Below are positions 60,102-64,000 of a stretch of DNA of 64,000 nucleotides, piece after piece. The translations under genes were made by a program, and so were the position numbers. The notes beneath the pieces were generated by a model. The model was given only the letters and a program-made list of their open reading frames with translations. It had not been told where the DNA came from and did not search any database. The first letter of the stretch is position 1, and each line of letters opens with the position of its first letter. Origin of the DNA: Flavobacteriales bacterium (GTDB taxonomy: Bacteria; Bacteroidota; Bacteroidia; Flavobacteriales_F; PHOS-HE28); contig DAORNP010000001.1 in NCBI GenBank assembly GCA_035441065.1, forward strand, positions 16,300 to 80,299, in the 5' to 3' direction.

Positions 60102-61620
60102 GCGCGTGAAGGTCTTCGATTGCGGGCACTAGTGCGCCAGCCGAGTCATACGGCGCTTCGGAGGCGCGCCTGAGAAGAAGGGTACGCGCGTGCGGGAACG
60201 CAGCGACCTCGACGAATCCGATGGGAGCCGCCGTGTCGTATTCCGACACGTAGCGGTAATCGTCGTCGGGGCGCAAGCCTTCGCGATCAAGCGTGCAAAG
60301 CCAATCGAGCCCACGCGTGGTGCGGTAATAGTTCAGGCTCGGCTCATACAGCCAGTCGATGCCCAGTTGCACGAAGCCCTCGCGGCGCCAAACGTGCTCG
60401 CGATCCGCGATCAAGGCATCCAAGGCTTCTTTGGTCTGTGAGTCGTAGCCCCATTCCCAACTATGGTGTGTGCCGAAGCGCTTGGCGAATGGCGGGACGG
60501 CCCACATACAAGCGGCGCAAGCGATCAGGATCGGCGCCACAGGATGCTTGCGCGCCCATAGCCCCAGCAACAGGATGAAGCTGAGCACGAGCGGCACCAA
60601 CAGGAAGAGCGCGAATCGCGACTTCAGGTGATCGACGCCGAAGAGCAGGTGCTGAGCATAGGCCCCCATCCCGATCAGCACTAAGGTCAGCGTCGCGATG
60701 GCCAGCCCGGCGTTCGCGTTCAGAAAACCACTTGCTCTGCTCCTTCGCAGCCCCAAGAGCACCACCACAAGCGCGATGGCCACCACTAACGTGAGGATTA
60801 CCCAAGCCGCCATCAGCCGATCGCCCTGCAGGCTCAGGGTTGGAACCATGCCGTCGATGAGGGTGGTCACGGTATCTGAATAGAAGCTCGATTTGCCGCC
60901 GAAGTCGAGCGGATTGGCCTCGCGCACACGGCGGATGGGCGTGCTCAGCGCGATGAAGGATGCTATGAGCAAGAGGCCGTTCGATTGCGCAACGGGGCGC
61001 AAGCGCTCCCAACTCCAGCGATCGGCATAGGCGCCGGCCATCGTGCAGACCGCGTAGGCACCAAGCACAGCGACATAGCCGGTGAGCAGCGCGAAATTGC
61101 TCAGGGTGGCGAGCACGCCGGCCAGGTGCATGAGCGCGAGCTGGCCGGATCCTGAACGACTGATGGCCCGACTGGCGTGGTAGATGGCCATGGCGAGGAA
61201 GCCGTAAGAGAGGCCATAGCCGCGCGCCAGCGTGAACATCTCCATGAAGTACACATTGGTGAATAGCAGCGGAAAGCCCACCACGATGAGCAACGGGTGG
61301 CAGCGCCGGATGAGCAGGGCCGTGTACACCAGATACAGTACGAGCGCCAGCAGGTTCGGCAGACGAAGGGCGAGTTCACTTGTTCCGAAGAGCGCCATGC
61401 TGCCCTTCATGGCCAGGCTGTTCAGCAGGTGGTTGTTGGTGTAGGCGGATTCATGGTTGAGCAGCTTCCCGACCGAGAGCTGCGGATAGTTCAGAAAGGT
61501 GATGGCTTCATCATGCGTGAACGATGCCGTGGCCGCACGGTGCGTGCAGAGCGCGAGGATCACTGCCGCGCACAAGACGAGGTAGGCCGTGACCCCATGA
61601 CGCTGCATCAAGGACCTCAT
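60070..61620 (-). CDS. GT-C PMT/ArnT-like membrane glycosyltransferase paralog D (fourth member of the tandem-array family, on the opposite strand).
   Basis: SFTHDEAITFLNYP...TNNHLLNSLAMKGSMALFG...FTLARGYGLSYGFLAMAIYHA aligns motif-for-motif with paralogs A-C. Start ATG 61618..61620 (MRSLMQRHG) overlaps the stop of the upstream gene (ATGA). Confidence 0.55.
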   Translation of the reverse strand: MRSLMQRHGVTAYLVLCAAVILALCTHRAATASFTHDEAITFLNYPQLSVGKLLNHESAYTNNHLLNSLAMKGSMALFGTSELALRLPNLLALVLYLVYTALLIRRCHPLLIVVGFPLLFTNVYFMEMFTLARGYGLSYGFLAMAIYHASRAISRSGSGQLALMHLAGVLATLSNFALLTGYVAVLGAYAVCTMAGAYADRWSWERLRPVAQSNGLLLIASFIALSTPIRRVREANPLDFGGKSSFYSDTVTTLIDGMVPTLSLQGDRLMAAWVILTLVVAIALVVVLLGLRRSRASGFLNANAGLAIATLTLVLIGMGAYAQHLLFGVDHLKSRFALFLLVPLVLSFILLLGLWARKHPVAPILIACAACMWAVPPFAKRFGTHHSWEWGYDSQTKEALDALIADREHVWRREGFVQLGIDWLYEPSLNYYRTTRGLDWLCTLDREGLRPDDDYRYVSEYDTAAPIGFVEVAAFPHARTLLLRRASEAPYDSAGALVPAIEDLHAHEPVSEDQPE

Positions 61621-63917
61621 CGGACGTTGCGATTCAAGGGTGCGGCATACAAGGTGTCGTCCACCGGAATATTGTTGAAGTGCAGGCCTTCGGCATCGGT
61701 GCGCCAGGCCTGTGTGGCCAATGGCCGGAAGAGCACATGCTCCACAACAGCGCGCGTGCGGTTCTGCTCCGGTCCACCGAGCATCACACGGTAGCGGCCG
61801 CTGGCACGCTTGGGGCGGAAGGGCATCGCCGCGATGGTGCGGTCGTGCAACTGCATGGGCATGGATCGCACATCCCGGAAGCCTTCCCAATCGACCTTGC
61901 CATCGGGATCGCCATGCTCGATGATCAGCCACGAGTTCACGGCATCACCATCGATGGCGCGCACCACCGCGCACAACTCGTAGGTGACTGAAGTGTCCAG
62001 TTGCGCGGCATCGAGTTCCATCAACCGGATGAACTCGCTCACCCATCCCTCGAAGGGACCGGCGGCATACGCGACTGCGGGTCGCGAATCGGAACCGGAT
62101 TCCAGCCAAAGGCCCTCTTGGCGGACCATGTGCCCGCTCGTTTCTGTGAATCGCTGCCGAAGGGCTGGCCCATCCCATGCGAACAGGTCGGCAGCGCTGA
62201 TCAGGCGCAATTCACCGGCTTCAGTGGCGCGAAGCGGGGCTCCCTTGCGCCAGAGTGAATCTTCTTCAGGTTCCAGGTCATCCCTGCTCCACAGGATCGC
62301 GAGCATCGCTGTTGGGGGAATGGCTTCGGCCACGCGCTTCTTGAAGGCCCTTGGCGCGCGAAGGGCCAGAAGCTGCCGGGCGTGCTCGTACGAGGTGCGT
62401 ATGAGGTTGCCCGCCATCAAAGGCGTTCCCGCACGGTAAGCCACGCCGTACGCCAACGCATGCAGCCGCTCGGGCGCGCCCTTTCCATATCGCTCCGAAC
62501 CGCCGTGGGGGAAAGGCAGGGGGATGACCGCCGCTGCGCCGCTGGTGCGCACGGCTTGCGCAAGCAGCTCGAGATTCGAGTTCGCTGTTCGCGCATCGAA
62601 CACATTGCGCGCATGGCCGATCGACCGTGCCATGGATGCCATCACCGGCCAGCCTTCCGCAGCATAAGAAGCCATGAGCAGTGCGAAGACCGCACCTCCG
62701 AGCACGCGTCGTTTGCGCTGCGGTGCGGCAAGCCATTGCCAGGCACGAGCCGCGCAGAACAGCAGGCACACGAAGTAGAAGGCCCATGCGAACCGGCCCG
62801 TGGATCGGAATTGCTTCAGCATGGGAAGCGCATCACCCAGTAGTTCTCCAAGCACATTCATGGCGAAGAGCAGGACCAGCGCGGCAGCGATCAATTGCAT
62901 GGCGGGCTCATCGGGGCTCAGTGCCGCACGGCCACGTTTCCGCAATCGCGCAACAAGCACCACGATCGCCGCGAGCAGCAGGAAGGGCGTTACGATGCCC
63001 AAGTAGCAGAGCGACTCCCACGCGAGGCCGCCCTCGGGCTTGAGCGGATGCACCCATGCACTCATGGGTGGTTGCGTGGAGACCAGCAGGCTCTGCCAGC
63101 GCGTGGCGTAAGCATCGGCGCCCGGTGGTGTCTCGGGCCGGTCGGGCAAGCGGTCGCTGGCATTCTCCAAGGCGAGGAACACGGCCACCGGCAGCACCGC
63201 CATTGCGCCGACGTCGATGTAGGTGCGCTTCTGCTTCAGCGGCCTCCATTCCACGAGCGCTCGCACGCCGATTGAGGAAGCCACGAAGAGCGCGCTCATC
63301 AAGCCGAGATACGGATGCGTGAGCAGCGCCAGCAGCACCAGCGCGCAGGTGAAGAAGGCCCAGACCCAGCGCTTCTTTGCATCGCCAGCGCGAAGCAACG
63401 TGTACCACGTGGCGGGGAACATCCAGCAATGCGCCAGCGCGTAATGGCCGCCCAAGCGGTACACCTGCGGCTGCAGCATGCTGATGGCAACCGCTGCCAA
63501 CGCCGCAGCCCAAGGTGCCATGCCCCAACGCCGCCCGATGGCGAAGAGCGCCCACGCACAGCCCAACGGCGCGAGCAGGAGCAACACGTTCAACACTCCG
63601 ATCTTCCAGGGCTTCAGCCAAGGCAACTGTTGAATGAGCCAAGCCAGTGGCGGATGCCCATCGGTGTAGAAGATGTGGTCGCCATAGGGATAGCCGGAGC
63701 CGTTGAAATGCAGCAGATCCCGACCATGCTCGGCATGCCACGCGTAGGTGAAGTAATTCTTCAGTCCATCACCATCGGCCGATAGCAGGACCGCATTCGC
63801 GTTCTTGAGCGGTTCGCCGAAATGCGCGAGGATTACGCCCAGCATCACTGCCGTGAGCGCCAGCCACCAGGCCCAAGCACGCTTGGCGGGTTGCGGAGCA
63901 GCACCTTGAGCGGCCAT
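61617..63917 (-). CDS. Large (~766 aa) polytopic membrane protein with C-terminal soluble domain; uncharacterised, candidate GT-C-type transferase.
   Basis: Start at MAAQGAAPQPAKRAWAWWLALTAVMLG (cat at 63915..63917; the ORF could extend to 63992). Loop motif LLSADGDGLKNYFTYAWH. Translationally coupled to paralog D. Confidence 0.35.
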   Translation of the reverse strand: MAAQGAAPQPAKRAWAWWLALTAVMLGVILAHFGEPLKNANAVLLSADGDGLKNYFTYAWHAEHGRDLLHFNGSGYPYGDHIFYTDGHPPLAWLIQQLPWLKPWKIGVLNVLLLLAPLGCAWALFAIGRRWGMAPWAAALAAVAISMLQPQVYRLGGHYALAHCWMFPATWYTLLRAGDAKKRWVWAFFTCALVLLALLTHPYLGLMSALFVASSIGVRALVEWRPLKQKRTYIDVGAMAVLPVAVFLALENASDRLPDRPETPPGADAYATRWQSLLVSTQPPMSAWVHPLKPEGGLAWESLCYLGIVTPFLLLAAIVVLVARLRKRGRAALSPDEPAMQLIAAALVLLFAMNVLGELLGDALPMLKQFRSTGRFAWAFYFVCLLFCAARAWQWLAAPQRKRRVLGGAVFALLMASYAAEGWPVMASMARSIGHARNVFDARTANSNLELLAQAVRTSGAAAVIPLPFPHGGSERYGKGAPERLHALAYGVAYRAGTPLMAGNLIRTSYEHARQLLALRAPRAFKKRVAEAIPPTAMLAILWSRDDLEPEEDSLWRKGAPLRATEAGELRLISAADLFAWDGPALRQRFTETSGHMVRQEGLWLESGSDSRPAVAYAAGPFEGWVSEFIRLMELDAAQLDTSVTYELCAVVRAIDGDAVNSWLIIEHGDPDGKVDWEGFRDVRSMPMQLHDRTIAAMPFRPKRASGRYRVMLGGPEQNRTRAVVEHVLFRPLATQAWRTDAEGLHFNNIPVDDTLYAAPLNRNVR

Positions 63918-64000
63918 TGGTATGGGATCACTTCGGCTTACCGACGACCGCCTCGCTGACCTTGCCGAAGAAGTGCTTCCACTCCCAGCCATGATCCGAC

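Noticed and set aside
1-64000. CRISPR arrays, rRNA and tRNA genes.
   Set aside because: No regularly spaced short direct repeats were seen. The intergenic spacers are short (mostly under 120 bp) and lack tRNA cloverleaf or rRNA signatures on visual inspection. I cannot exclude a small ncRNA without a covariance-model scan.

Overview
The window is high-GC (about 65%), gene-dense bacterial DNA with a Bacteroidota-like flavour: a delta-60-repeat protein with a T9SS C-terminal sorting domain, a TPR/DUF4292 lipoprotein pair and a GxxExxY gene. I saw no rRNA, tRNA or CRISPR array by eye.

The dominant feature is a giant near-perfect palindrome. Positions 1..24841 are the reverse complement of 24842..49682 (mirror rule x <-> 49683-x), with a zero-spacer centre at 24841/24842. 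That centre lies in the 120-bp intergenic region between two divergent copies of a Wzx/MurJ-type flippase gene. The left arm is cut by the window start, so the true extent of the palindrome is unknown.

Each arm carries the same roughly 25 genes (listed in mirror order in the features array). The arms are identical at the protein level in every frame except two short clustered divergent patches (findings 3 and 4).

The unique right end (49683..64000) encodes scoA and scoB split by three tandem paralogous PMT/ArnT-like (GT-C) membrane glycosyltransferase genes. After scoB come a 447-aa membrane protein and a GT2 polyprenyl-phosphate-sugar synthase. Convergent on the minus strand are a PMT_2-like glycosyltransferase, a fourth paralog of the tandem family, and a roughly 766-aa polytopic membrane protein. 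Together this looks like an expanded lipid-linked glycosylation island.

The palindrome may be real biology (an inverted duplication, or a hairpin-telomere replication intermediate) or an assembly or amplification fold-back chimera. The divergent patches argue the two arms were not copied from one molecule. Feature coordinates derived by offset arithmetic may be off by 1-3 nt.
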